NCBI GenBank assembly: GCA_964016885.1
Contig: OZ024753.1
Location: 7,130,001-7,194,000 of the forward strand
Reading direction: 5' to 3'
From: Eledone cirrhosa
Lineage: Eukaryota
Length of the DNA: 64,000 nt
Shown: in pieces, positions 31,794-45,002 of the stretch
Layout: the number at the start of each line of letters is the position of its first letter
Numbering within the stretch: the stretch's first letter is position 1
The notes under the pieces: generated by a model
The model's input: only the letters and a program-made list of their open reading frames with translations
What the model was told of the DNA's origin: nothing
Database searches by the model: none
Program-made: the position numbers and the translations under genes

Positions 31794-32190
31794 CAATAGA
31801 CCTGACCTGGTGGTTGTGGACAAAGAAAAAAAATCGTGTCTGATTGTGGATGTGGCCTGCCCATTCGACACGAGAGTGCAAGAGAAGGAGAGGGAGAAAA
31901 TTTACCGATACCAGGACTTAAAGTGGGAGGTGAAAAGGATTTGGAACTGCCATCAAGTCAAAGTGATCCCGATTGTCATAGGCGCACTGGGGACTATCTC
32001 CAAAAGTTTCCAGGGATGGTTAAAGAAAATCGGCCCCTTCACGCTTTTTGGAACGCTTCAAAAGGCATGCTTGCTGGGAACAGCAATAACCCTCCGATAC
32101 GTCCTGAATATCTGAGGCTGCAGGTAGTGGCTTGATATTCATTCCAACGGACTTTCCAGTTAACCAACATCAATGACTGAGATTCAAGGA
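31790..32190 (+). mobile_element. R4/Dong-clade LINE, 5'-truncated
   Basis: Near-identical to 29476-29878; (TAA)n on both sides. Confidence 0.92.
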
Positions 32191-32295
32191 ATAATAATAA
32201 TAATAATGTAATAATAAAGTACTATAGTTATGTTAGGTCGATCTCGTTATGAAGAATTTTTCGTATCCCATGAATGTCGTTAGAACGGAATTATA

Positions 32296-32342
<47 letters not shown>

Positions 32343-32385
32343 TTCAAAATATTAATACAAATAGACATTCGTGTGACCAAGTATA

Positions 32386-32448
32386 TTTTATTATACATAT
32401 TTCAGAGGTACTGAGCTATCTTCAACAGTACGTCCTCATCAGATAAAA
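32386..32448 (-). ncRNA. Type I hammerhead (family J-like)
   Basis: ttttat-CTGATGA-ggacgtactg..cagtacctct-GAAA-tatgt-ATA-ataaaa. Confidence 0.82.
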
Positions 32449-32569
32449 CAAGATGATGCATGACATACCCTGACTAAGTAGATGGTTAAAATTCAGTCAT
32501 GGCAGTGAATATATATATATATACATATATATACATATATATATGCAATATATACTAATCTGTAATATA

Positions 32570-32827
32570 ATCGTTTCTACTTTAAGCACAAGGCCAATAA
32601 TTACCCAGTGTATTACTGGTACTTTGAATAAATAATTGTTTCTACTTTAGGCATAAGGCCAGTAATTACCCAGTACATTAGTGGTACTTTATTTTATCGA
32701 CCCCGTACCGTAAGGATGAAAAGCAAAGTTAACCTTGACGGGATTTGAACTCAGACTGTAAAGGGACGTAACTATGCAAGAAAGCATGGCGTCCAACCCT
32801 CTACCGATACTGCCAATTCACCGCCCT
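32570..32827 (-). mobile_element. SINE S1 (3' fragment plus full short form)
   Basis: S1 motifs. Confidence 0.9.
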
Positions 32828-33207
32828 AAAATCTGTAATATAATTTGTTTAATGTTGAGATGTTTGGTGTCGTTAAGTATCTGAAACATACTGCTGTTTT
32901 TAATATGGAACAATATAGTTTGAAGTGAATTGGAATGGTACAGGATGCAAAATAGTTGAACATTGTTCAAAGGTTAGTTTTCTTCATGTTGATAACCTAT
33001 TAGCTATTATACAAAACAAAAAATATTCCCATATTTGCATTGATTTGTCCTTTTCATGAATGGTTACCACAATATTTGGCACCGTTTAGATCTAAGGCGT
33101 TTCGCAAATTATTTCATTGGACTTCATCCAATTCATTTTGTATGTTTTTCTAAAAGTACCATTGCTTTTGTTTTTCTTTAAATGTCGACGGTCTTTAATA
33201 AAAAAGG

Positions 33208-33239
<32 letters not shown>

Positions 33240-33689
33240 TATAATATCCAATTAAATTACTACTACGTCCATTTGTAAACTACAAACGTTCACAGATAAA
33301 GTCTCCATTACCAGACAACAACAACAATAACGACACTATAAAATGAATTAATGTTATTGATAACAACAACAACAACAACGACGACGATGATGATGATGAT
33401 GATAATGTTGATACTAATAATAATAATAAGGATGATGATGACGGTTTGAAATCTAAAGACATACTCAAGGAGAGTCACAGGTGTTCTTGTTAATAAGGAA
33501 CCTTTTAAAGAAAGAAAAAAAGAAAAATCCAAAGAAAAAGATAACGAGAAAGCTGGCAATATGAATAGTCATAATGATTTACGCTGTAACCAAATATACC
33601 AGAGAAGTTCAAGTAGAGGACTGTAGAATATTCAAATAAATAGTGACTGATACTCATTATATCAATGTCTAAACTATATATGGCTTCTG

Positions 33690-33810
33690 ATTCAGGCACA
33701 AGGCAAACAATTTCGCTGAGCCGAAAGTCAATTAAATCAACCTAAGTGCATTGCTGGTATTTTACTTTATTTATCGATCTCCCATAAGGAAGAAAGGCGA
33801 ATCTGACCCA
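33690..33810 (-). mobile_element. Diverged SINE S1 fragment
   Basis: ggcacaaggc..ctggtattttactttatttatcga..aaggaagaaaggc. Confidence 0.65.
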
Positions 33811-33967
33811 CATGTACATTATTAAATACGGAACTATCCACTTTATAAATAAATAAATGTTTTGATATTACACTGAAAGAATCTCTTCAACCTTTTCTAC
33901 TGAGAACATATTTTTCCTTTCTACTATTTGTTTATACATATCACTTCATGTGTTACCTTACTACATC

Positions 33968-34033
<66 letters not shown>

Positions 34034-34140
34034 ATGAGTTAAACAAAATTCAATGAGTATATCAAAGAATGAGTTTTAGAGTAGATTGGAAGCACTCTAC
34101 GGGAAACCATTTAACATCTCAAGGTATGTCATGTATCATT

Positions 34141-34197
34141 ATATTTTGTCTGATGAGGACGTACTGTTGTACATCCGAAATATGTATAATAAAATGT
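34141..34197 (+). ncRNA. Type I hammerhead (family J-like)
   Basis: atattttgt-CTGATGA-ggacgtactgttgtacatcc-GAAA-tatgt-ATA-ataaaatgt. Confidence 0.85.
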
Positions 34198-34337
34198 AAT
34201 TGATCAAAAGAACATCTATTTTATTAATATTTATATTCTAATATATTAGAATATAAATATTAATAAAATAGATGTTCTTTATATATTTATATATTTATAT
34301 ATTTATATATATATTTATATATTTATATATTTATATA

Positions 34338-34373
<36 letters not shown>

Positions 34374-34377
34374 AAAA

Positions 34378-34766
34378 AATAGAGGTGTAACACACGAGTT
34401 GTGATATATTAGTAAAAGGAAAAGAAAATGCTGACACATTTTTCCCAGTGAAAATTAGTTTAATTAGGAATAAGTATAAATTAATAAAAAGTATTGGTTA
34501 GTTTTAAGTTTTTACCGGTTGCGCATTTCTAATGCTTTTCAAAAATAATTTTTAGATAGAGTGCCCGTGATGTTTGCTCTAATTAGAGCAAACATCACGA
34601 GCACTCTATCTCAAAATTATTTTTGAAAAGCATTAGAAATGCGCAACCGGTAAAAACTTAAAATTAAAACTGAATACTAACCAATACTTTTTACTAATAT
34701 ATACTTATTCCTAATTAAATTATTTTTCAATGGGAAAAATTTGTCAGCATTTTCTTTCCCTTTTAC

Positions 34767-34767
<1 letters not shown>
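34378..34767. mobile_element. Fold-back family F (palindrome ~34411-34767, loopless centre ctctaattagag) with a degenerate HHR in each arm
   Basis: ttt-TTGAAAA-gcattagaaatgc-GCAA-ccg-GTA-aaaa is present in both arms; TA-flanked. Confidence 0.75.
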
Positions 34768-34859
<92 letters not shown>

Positions 34860-34904
34860 ATAGGAAAAATGAGGAAGTTTCGTTTACATATAAAAAATAT
34901 TTAT

Positions 34905-34995
34905 TGTGTATCGACCTGTTTCGCAGAGGATTGGCTCAATGTGACCCATAAGAGGTATGGACCCGACTCCAGTATCGATCTGCTCCTCAGACTGG
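34905..34995 (-). ncRNA. Probable hammerhead with weak stem I
   Basis: CTGAGGA-gcaga..tctgc-GAAA-cag-GTC-gatacacaataaa; island is TA-flanked. Confidence 0.65.
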
Positions 34996-35038
34996 TGATG
35001 CGACAAATATATATATAGTAATAATATATATATAGTAA

Positions 35039-35230
35039 TAATTGTTTCTACTTGTGGCACAAGGCCAGCAATTACCCAGTGTGTTACTGGTACTTTATTT
35101 TATCGACCACGTAAGGATGAAAGGCAAAGCTAACCTTGGCAGGATTTGAACTCAGAATGGCAAGGGCCGTAACTCTATGCGTCAAAGCATGGCGTCCGAC
35201 CCTCTACCGATACTGCCAATCCCCCGCCCT
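35039..35230 (-). mobile_element. SINE S1 (short form)
   Basis: Full length. Confidence 0.9.
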
Positions 35231-35303
35231 TATATATATAGTAATAATAATAATAGAATAATATAGTAATAATATTTATATATTAGTATATATATATATA
35301 TAT

Positions 35304-35414
<111 letters not shown>

Positions 35415-35426
35415 CACACAGAGAGA

Positions 35427-35541
35427 GAGAGAAAGAGAGCTGTTTTTTTCCCTTACTTTGATTTGTCAAAGTGACATTATTGAAAAAATGAGAGGGACAA
35501 TTATTTTAAAAAAGATTTTTATAATGTATATAAAGTATAGT

Positions 35542-35584
<43 letters not shown>

Positions 35585-35691
35585 TTTATATACATTATAA
35601 AACTCTTTTTTTAAATAATTGTCCCTCTCATTTTTTCAATAATGTCACTTTGACAAATCAAAGTAAGGGAAAAAAACAGCTCTCTTTCTCT
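35427..35691. repeat. Inverted duplication (~110-bp arms) centred on (TA)n
   Basis: 35427-35538 is the reverse complement of 35581-35691. Confidence 0.9.
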
Positions 35692-36544
35692 ATGTATGTG
35701 TATATATATTTATATATATATATATATATATACACATACATACATACATATATATACATACATACATATATATATACGCACGTATGTGTCTCTGTATATA
35801 TATATATATATATACGTATGTGTGTGTGTATAGATTATAGATGCTAGAATATAGGAATCAGACTGCCCGATCTATTCGTTGTAGAACAGTATTAAAAGAA
35901 AGACTAACTTCCATTTTATGTTTTGGTAGCACGTGGAAATGAATCCAATATATGTTGGCTGGGCAGGCTTTTTTTCCGCTGTCAATTGTGATATCAGGTA
36001 ATATAATATAAAAATTTAATCACGGAGATAGCTATAAGGAAACTTTTCTAATATACACCCTGCGGGAAGGGGTAAAATTAAAATAAAAATTTCAATGCTT
36101 GACAGAATACGAACACAGAAGGGGGAGGTTGCGATTGATCCCAAAAGATTCAAACAAAGGTCAACGGAAAGTAGCATGTCTTCAGGGAATTTTAGGATCA
36201 TTATTAAAAGAAAACTTAATGAAGTAAACAAATACACATAAAAGCAAATTAAATATTAGAAAATACTGTAAAAGCAACAGTAAAACAGATAATCTTCCTA
36301 CACAGCACCCATAACTGCGCAATCTTTATCGGAAAATCTAATCACTATCGAGTAAGCATTGTATAATCAATACACAGGTTTTTGTATGTAGAATATTCCC
36401 GTTCATGTTAATTTAAATTACATTGCATGTGCAAGATGAACAGCCAAAGTGCATAATTTTCTGACCAACGGTGCGTATTGCTTTCTATAATCTCTATTCT
36501 AGCGTTACCTCATCAAACTTCAACACGATCTACTGGGAAAAAAG

Positions 36545-36598
36545 TGGATACACTGTGGTACACACACCGACAAAAACAGGCAAACACACATATGCATA

Positions 36599-36637
<39 letters not shown>

Positions 36638-36669
36638 TATATATATGTGTGTGTATGTATATATGTATG

Positions 36670-36728
<59 letters not shown>

Positions 36729-36794
36729 AATATATATGCATATGCATATGTGTGTTTGCCTGTTTTTGTCGGTGTGTGTACGACAGTGTATCCA
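36545..36794. repeat. Inverted duplication (~60-bp arms) centred on (TA)n
   Basis: tggatacactgt..gcatatgcat / atgcatatgc..acagtgtatcca. Confidence 0.9.
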
Positions 36795-36798
36795 TTTG

Positions 36799-36829
<31 letters not shown>

Positions 36830-36876
36830 TATTTCGACTTATTTTCTTTTCGCTATTTTTTCTGTGCCATCAGCCA

Positions 36877-36933
<57 letters not shown>

Positions 36934-37144
36934 TATAAATATATATGTGTGTGTGTGTGTGCGTGCGTGTGTGCGTGTGTCTGTGCTCGTTGTTTTTTGG
37001 GGGGAATTTCTTTTTTTTCTTCACAGTGTTTGCTTCTATCTTTTATGTTAACCTTATTACAGTTACCTCGAACAAAGGGTGTTGTTTAGATTCGGTAGAG
37101 GAAATTAGTCGGTTGTGTTTGCTTTCTTTTGCCTAGTCTTGGAT

Positions 37145-37189
<45 letters not shown>

Positions 37190-37271
37190 GCAACAACAAC
37201 AACAACAACAACAACGATAACAAGAAGAAGAAGGAGAAGAAGAAAAGAAGAAGAAGGTCAACAACGAAAAT

Positions 37272-37491
37272 AATGGTTTCTTATATAGGTACTAGGTCAG
37301 CAATTTTGTGGGGAGGGGAAAGTTGATTAAATCGACGCCAGTGCATTACTGGTACTTTATTTTATCGACCCCCGTAAGGATGAAAGGCAAAGTTAACATC
37401 GGCGGAATTTGAACTCAGAATGTAAAGAGCCATAACTCTATGCTGCAAAGCATGTTGCCCGACGCTCTACCGACACTGCCAATCCACCGCC
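37272..37491 (-). mobile_element. SINE S1 (long form)
   Basis: Full length. Confidence 0.9.
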
Positions 37492-38300
37492 ATTTAAATA
37501 AGAAATAATAGAAAGGAGTCTATGCTGCAAAGCATGGTGCCTGACGCTCTACCGACACTGCCAATCCACCGCCATTTAAATAAGAAATAATAGAAAGGAG
37601 TCTATGCTGCAAAGCATGTTGCCTGACGCTCTACCGACACTGCCAATCCACCGCCATTTAAATAAGAAATAATAGAAAGGAGTCTATGCTGCAAAGCATG
37701 TTGCCTGACGCTCTACCGACACTGCCAATCCACCGCCATTTAAATAAGAAATAATAGAAAGGAGTCTATGCTGCAAAGCATGTTGCCTGACGCTCTACCG
37801 ACACTGCCAATCCACCGCCATTTAAATAAGTAATAATAGAAAGGAATCTATGCTGCAAAGCATGTTGCCTGACGCTCTACCGATACTGCCAATCCACCGC
37901 CATTTAAATAAGTAATAATAGAAAGGAATCTATGCTGCAAAGCATGTTGCCTGACGCTCTACCGATACTGCCAATCCACCGCCATTTAAATAAGTAATAA
38001 TAGAAAGGAATCTATGCTGCAAAGCATGTTGCCTGACGCTCTACCGATACTGCCAATCCACCGCCATTTAAATAAGTAATAATAGAAAGGAATCTATGCT
38101 GCAAAGCATGTTGCCTGACGCTCTACCGATACTGCCATTCCACCGCCATTTAAATAAGTAATAATAGAAAGGAATCTATGCTGCAAAGCATGTTGCCTGA
38201 CGCTCTACAGATACTGCCAATCCACCGCCATTTAAATAAGTAATAATAGAAAGGAATCTATGCTGCAAAGCATGTTGCCTGACGATCTACCAATACTGCC
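37437..38300. repeat. 82-bp tandem array (~10.5 copies) built from the SINE S1 head plus 5' flank
   Basis: Unit starts every 82 bp from 37437 to 38257. Confidence 0.97.
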
Positions 38301-38780
38301 TTCCGCCAACAGTAATATTAAGATAAAGACACATACACAATTCAATGGAAATCTGCAGTTAAAAGAAACGAAAGCATTGATTAGAAATCATATTTACTTC
38401 ATCTGCTGTTATAATTTCCATGGAGTTGTAGTAATTCTACTACTTAGATTTTATTATAGAGATTTCTAGCGGAAAAAAATATTCCATCTGCTGAGTTAAG
38501 AATTTCGGGTCATGCACAATTTTGCTGCATATTATTTTCCATTCAATGCATTATACTTCAAATACCACTGTAGATTTAACATTTTACCGAACAGCTAATA
38601 CTGTAATTACACTGTAATAGGAAATTACACCCCGACCCGAGAAGCAGGAATTTAATGGGTTAAATATATCAGATCTAACAGAGATGTTTCGGTACCACTG
38701 AACCGGAAATGTGCAATAGTCATTTATTCGGGGCTGTGTATTGGCTGTATCGGTAGAGGATCAGGCACTTTTCCTTATAC

Positions 38781-39230
38781 AGGGCCATAACTCTATGCTG
38801 AAAAGCATGGTATCTGACGCTCTACCTATACTGCCAAACAACTGCCCTTAGTAATAATGGTTTCTTACATAAACACAAAGCCAGCAATTTGGGGAGAGAG
38901 GAAAGTCGATTAAATCGACCCCAGTCCGTTACTGGTACTTTATTTTATCGACCCCGAAAGGATGAAAGGCAAGGTTAACCTCAGCGGGACTTGAACTCAG
39001 ATCGTAAAGGGACGTAACTACGCTGGAAAGCATGTCTGAAGTAATAATAATTGTTTCTACTTTTGGCACAAGGCCAGCAATTACCAAGTGCATTACTGGT
39101 ACTTTATTTTATCGACCCCGTAAGGATGAAAGGCAAAGTTAACCTCGGCGGGATTTGAACTCAGACCGTAAAGGGACGTAACTCTATGCTTCAAAGCATG
39201 GTTTTCGACACTCTACCGATACTGCCAATC
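38781..39230 (-). mobile_element. SINE S1 cluster (head 38781-38848, long 38855-39036, short 39048-39230)
   Basis: S1 motifs. Confidence 0.9.
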
Positions 39231-39464
39231 GTAATAATAATAATAAGTTAAAAAGAAAAGAAAATTTACAGAAAGAAGGAAAATGTTTTTAAAATATAAC
39301 ATATCACCAGTTAACATCGTTTAGAAACACAACAGAATACACCACCACCAAAAAGAACATCAATATTTATAACAATATGAAGACATCACACAGTATAACC
39401 AGCAATAATTTCTGAAAGGAGAGAAAAACAAGAGAGACGGAGAGAGAGGAGGGGGGGGGGGGAA

Positions 39465-39513
39465 TATCGAAGGAGGGAAAAAGAGATAAAGGCTCATAGA
39501 AAGCGCGCGTGCG

Positions 39514-39594
<81 letters not shown>

Positions 39595-39630
39595 GAAGGA
39601 GGGAAAACGAGATAAAGGCTGATAGAAAGC

Positions 39631-39680
<50 letters not shown>

Positions 39681-39717
39681 GAAGGAGGGAAAACGAGATA
39701 AAGGCTGATAGAAAGCG

Positions 39718-39792
<75 letters not shown>

Positions 39793-39800
39793 GTGAGTGA
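39465..39800. repeat. Compound repeat: 3 x (~50-bp unit plus (GA)n)
   Basis: cgaaggagggaaaa.gagataaaggct.atagaaagcg occurs three times. Confidence 0.9.
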
Positions 39801-40320
39801 GATTGAAAGAGAGCGGGAAACGAAACAACTACTCTAACAGTAACACAGCATCTCAGTTCCATTTCAAATCGCCTAAACAACGGCAGAGATATTTATCTCG
39901 TAAACGACAAAAATTGATCAGAAATATCACGATATTCCTATATCAAAATTTCGAGGCTACGAAGAATTCGAATGAAAAGACTTAATAAGAGACGAGGAAG
40001 GTTTTATGATCGATGAATAAATAATGTGATTCTCTACTGTTGCTCATCTCGAACAATTACAACTAGACCTTCACTATATCAGCCTTGATGGGTATCTTTT
40101 AGTTTTAGGTGTACTTACGTTTCTGGGTGTTTTTGTTTGTTTATATATATATATATTTATATATATATATATTTATATATATGTTTTTTACATTTTTTTT
40201 TTAAATATTTTTTATATATATATTTTTTATTCATATATATTTTTATATAAATATTTTTATTTATTTATATATATTTTTTATTTACATATATTTTTATTTA
40301 TATTTTTATATATACTTAAA

Positions 40321-40361
<41 letters not shown>

Positions 40362-40383
40362 ATATGCATATATATATATTTAT

Positions 40384-40439
<56 letters not shown>

Positions 40440-40939
40440 TGTACTTCCGATTTATTTTGCCTTATTTGGTGTTGTTGGTGGTGGAGGAGGTTGGGCGGTG
40501 ATGGTGGTGGCTGCAATTGATTGATTGCACCATGCCGTGTTCATCATTTGTATCAAAGACATCCCGCCGGATGTTTTTTTTATCGCAGCTTCCAATGATA
40601 TTCCAATATCAAGGACAAGACATACATAAGATTGCCGCCGCTGACATCGTCGTCGTCGTCGTCACCACCACCACCACCGACGTCGTCGTCACCACCACCA
40701 GTACCGCTACCACCACGACCGCCATCGCCGCCACCACCACCACCACCACCAGCAGCAGTACCACCACCACCAAAAACAACACTATTATTTTATTCACAAC
40801 CACCGCCAGCGTCACCGCCACCACCAGCACCACTGAGGACAACAACAACAGCAGCAACAACACCACCATTTTATTTACAACCATCATTGACATCGCCACC
40901 ACCACCGCAACCGCAACCGCCACCACCACAACCACCCCC

Positions 40940-40970
<31 letters not shown>

Positions 40971-41187
40971 CCACCATTTAATTTTCAACCATCATTGACA
41001 CCGCCACCACCACCGCAACCCCCCCCCCCCAACCATTATATTTACAGCGATCATCGACACCGCACCAAATCTGGATGTCGGTGAGCATGTCCAGCTAACC
41101 TCGCTCTCCTCAGTGCCACTCTCGTGAGGCTCCCGTAGCTGCTCTGAGTTCTTCATCCTCAGTATACATTAATCAGTATACACTGAT

Positions 41188-42135
41188 GTCGTTATGTAGC
41201 TGTAATATCTACCAAAATGGTGGTGTATCTATGTTGCTCTATTATCTACCAGCAATGGTGGTGACTCTGTGTAGCTATATCTACCAAATACCGGTGGTGT
41301 ATCTATGTAGCTGTAATATCTACCAAATGGTGGTGTATTTATGTTGCTCTATTATCTACCAGCAATGGCGGTGACTGTGTAGCTATATCTGCCAATACCG
41401 GTGGTGTATCTATGTAGCTGTAATGTCTACCAAAATGGTGGTGTATTTATGTTGCTCTATTATCTACCAGCAATGGCGGTGACTGAGTAGCTATATCTAC
41501 CAATACCGGTGGTGTATCTATGTAGCTGTAACATCTACCAACATGGTGGTGTATTTATGTTGCTCTATTATCTACCAGCAATGGCGGTGGCTGTGTAGCT
41601 ATATCTGCCAATACCGGTGGTGTATCTATGTAGCTGTAATGTCTACGAAAATGGTGGTGTATTTATGTTGCTCTATTATCTACCAGCAATGGCGGTGACT
41701 CTGTGTAGCTATATCTACCAAATACCGGTGGTGTATCTATGTAGCTGTAATATCTACCAAATGGTGGTGTATCTATGTTGCTCTATTATCTACCAGCAAT
41801 GGCGGTGACTCTGTGTATCTATGTAGCTGTAATATCTACCAAAAATGGTGTCTTTATATAGCTGTAATATCTACCAATAACTTGTGATGTCTTTATATAG
41901 CTGTAATATCTACCAATAACTGGTAATGTCTTTATATAGCTGTAATATCTACCAATAACTTGTGATGTCTTTATATAGCTGTAATATCTACCAATAACTG
42001 GTGATGTCTTTATATAGCTGTAATATCTACCAATAACTGGTAATGTCTTTATATAGCTGTAATATCTACCAATAACTGGTAATGTCTTTATATAGCTGTA
42101 ATATCAACCTCTAATCGTGTCTCTATATAGCTGTA
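41188..42135. repeat. Minisatellite: 6 x 108-110-bp trimeric higher-order unit, then ~7 x related 39-bp monomer
   Basis: ttgctctatt at 41234, 41344, 41452, 41560, 41668, 41778; gtctttatatagctg every 39 bp from 41850. Confidence 0.95.
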
Positions 42136-42799
42136 AGACTTACAAATAATGATGTCTCATTGTTGCCTGTTTAACTCAGGTTTTACTTCATCTGTTTACA
42201 GAATATTGGAGAATGATGCTTAAAATATCAACAAATGAAACACAATTCGAAACATAGACCTTGTATCTCCAAGTTTCTTCAACCAATTAAGACATCATCC
42301 GCATATACTTTTGTCAACTAAGCATATACATTTTAGAAAATGGCAGCCAGTAGAGAAAAATAGATATATTATGAAGGGAATGACTTTATTTTTTACTCAA
42401 AGAGCCCGTATTTTAATTGGCATTATTCAAACGGCGGAACCAGCTTTCTGATTAAACTCACCTTCGGGCATAGAGCTTCCTTACTTTACAATCCTCACCA
42501 TAAAACATGTTGAATTATTGACCTGACTACAACTACTACGTACTGTAATACTTCGAATATATCAACCGGAAGCAATATGGTGGAATAAATTCTAGATTGA
42601 TTTTATATGTAAATAGATTCTGCCTGAAGTCATACTCAGTCCAAACATGGTACTAAATGCCAGACACTAATGGGATTTTTCAAATATGTTTGTTTGCAGC
42701 CTGGTATTTTCTATCTAACTCCATACAAATAACAATATATAACTAGAATTTTAAATGGTCATATATCGCAAAATGTATGTATGTGTGTGTGTGTGTATA

Positions 42800-42844
<45 letters not shown>

Positions 42845-43000
42845 GGCGAGAGAGAGAGGGGAGATAGAGGGGGGAGTGGGAGAGATACATATATACACGC
42901 ATATATATATAGATAGATAGATACATAGATAGATATATAGATAAATAGACAGATAGATATATGTATATATATATGTATGTATATATATGTGTATATATAC

Positions 43001-43058
<58 letters not shown>

Positions 43059-43288
43059 GAATATATATACATATATATATATATATGAATATATACATAA
43101 ATATATGTAAATATGTATAGGTGTGTTTTATATAAAAATATGGACTAACATTGAGGTACAAATAACGATATGGTATAGTTTTATAGATGTAGTAGTACCT
43201 TATATATGTATATATATATATGCATATGTATATGTATATGTGTGCGTGTGTGTGTGCGTGTGTGTGCGTGTGTGTGCGTGTGCGTGTG

Positions 43289-43320
<32 letters not shown>

Positions 43321-43719
43321 AATGTTTACTGTTTTGAAGTCTAAAAATATAAATGTTTTCCATATTTTATCAGTATATGTATAATAAGTAGAATATTTTT
43401 TCTATTAAAATCCAAAAGATTGAGTTGATAAAATTATCCGAATCTGAAGGAGTAATTACAAACTTTAACAATGACATTTTTTTTTTTATCTAAACCAACA
43501 GAAAACTTAAAATAAAACTCTATGTTTATGAGTATAAGCATGGGTAAAGTGTTCGCTTCGCAAAAACAAAAAAATTGGTTTCTGCCGTTATATGTCTTCT
43601 AGTAGAGACTCGGAAGATGAATAGGCGGAATTTAGTTGATGGGCACTGCACACGCCCGTCTTATATTCACACGTACACATTTAACCACATATATACAAAC
43701 ACACACACGTACGCATTTT

Positions 43720-43757
<38 letters not shown>

Positions 43758-43867
43758 CTAGAGAGTGTAACGTGGAGTTACTGTAGGTTCACCCAGGTGA
43801 GAACTCGATGTTTAGGTCCACGTTAGTGGCGAGGTGTAGAGTTAAACAGAGTGTAATATGATAATAC

Positions 43868-44118
43868 AATGAGGATTTGTTAAGCCTTCATTACGTTTAT
43901 TGATTGGTAACGCGCGTTTCACTATTGATCAACTCAAGGTTCGATCTGGCCCGACTCAGGAATCGAAAGCTCATCGGACCTCTGTCATTACAACAGCAAG
44001 AGGTCCTACGAGCTTTTGATCTCAGAGTCAGGCCAGACCGATACAGATCTAACCGTGAGCTGATGAATAGCGAAACACGCGTCACAAATCAATAAAGGTA
44101 ATGATGGCTTAACAAACC
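43868..44118. other. ~250-bp imperfect rod-like inverted repeat with hammerhead-like motifs on both strands
   Basis: Arms pair with isolated mismatches; + strand CTGATGA-atagc-GAAA-cacgc-GTC..aataaa, - strand TTGATCA-atagt-GAAA-cgcgc-GTT..aataaa. Confidence 0.7.
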
Positions 44119-44230
44119 ATCATCATCATCACCTTCACCATCACCACCACCATCATCATTATTATTATTATTAAGACACCCTAAGACACCCTAAAGACAC
44201 CCTAAATTTGACAACCAAAAATTAGAAAAA

Positions 44231-44438
44231 AATTGTTTCTTATATAGGCACAATGCCAGCAATTCGGAGGAGGGGGAATTGGATTAAATCGATCCCAGTG
44301 CGTGACTGGTACTTTATTTTATCGACCCCGTAAGGATGAAAGGCAAAGTTAACCTCTGCGGGATTTGAACTCAGATCATAAAGGGCCGTAACTCTATGAT
44401 GCAAAGCATGGTATCCGACTCACTACTGATACTGCCAA
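44231..44438 (-). mobile_element. SINE S1 (long form)
   Basis: S1 motifs. Confidence 0.9.
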
Positions 44439-44494
44439 ACAAAGTCATTAAAATATAGTTAGCTTTAAAATTTAATTTTTTCCTTTTTTTTGGT

Positions 44495-44630
44495 ACCGTA
44501 TTTCCCGGCGCCGAAGATGCTTCGTCCTCGAAGACGCACCCTAATTTTGACAACCAAAAATTTGAAAAAGATTAATAACAACCTTCAGGACGCATGGTGG
44601 ATTTTTGAGACTTATTTTATGAAAAAATTT
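44495..44630. mobile_element. Tc1/pogo MITE family M3, partial
   Basis: Reverse complement of most of 52115-52286. Confidence 0.75.
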
Positions 44631-45002
44631 GATTAGCATGAAACTTTCAATGTTTGCCAAACTATATGCAAACGGAAAGAATTCTGGTTCTATAGTTCAT
44701 TATAATATGCCCAAGATTTATTTAAATTGGCATAAAGAATGTTGAAACGTATTGAAACCTAGAGAAGAAGGCACGTATTGTAGTGACCTGAATAGTCGGT
44801 GTCAGCTACTCTCAGATATGACCATAAAGCAGAAACAGAATCCTATCTGAAATAACGGAACGGATTTAGTCTAACTGAATCTTATAAGTAAAGACATAAC
44901 TATTAATGTTTGGAGTTTGTATTTGTCTTGCATTGATATTTACGAGTTTATTTATTGCTAAATGGGCCCTATCATTTAAGTGGATTATATTATACCTTAA
45001 AT

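Noticed and set aside
37437-38300. CRISPR-like regular array (also 14385, 41188, 50106)
   Set aside because: No unique spacers; whole units repeat; eukaryotic context
41048-41080. Plus-strand exon (cag|...|gtgagc)
   Set aside because: Its 5' part is a variant of the local ttttatttacaaccatcattgacatcgcc repeat
40517-41084. Thr/Pro-rich mucin-like ORFs (also Gln/His-rich 45805-46314 and Asp/Gly-rich 48427-49081)
   Set aside because: Trinucleotide microsatellites open in several frames on both strands
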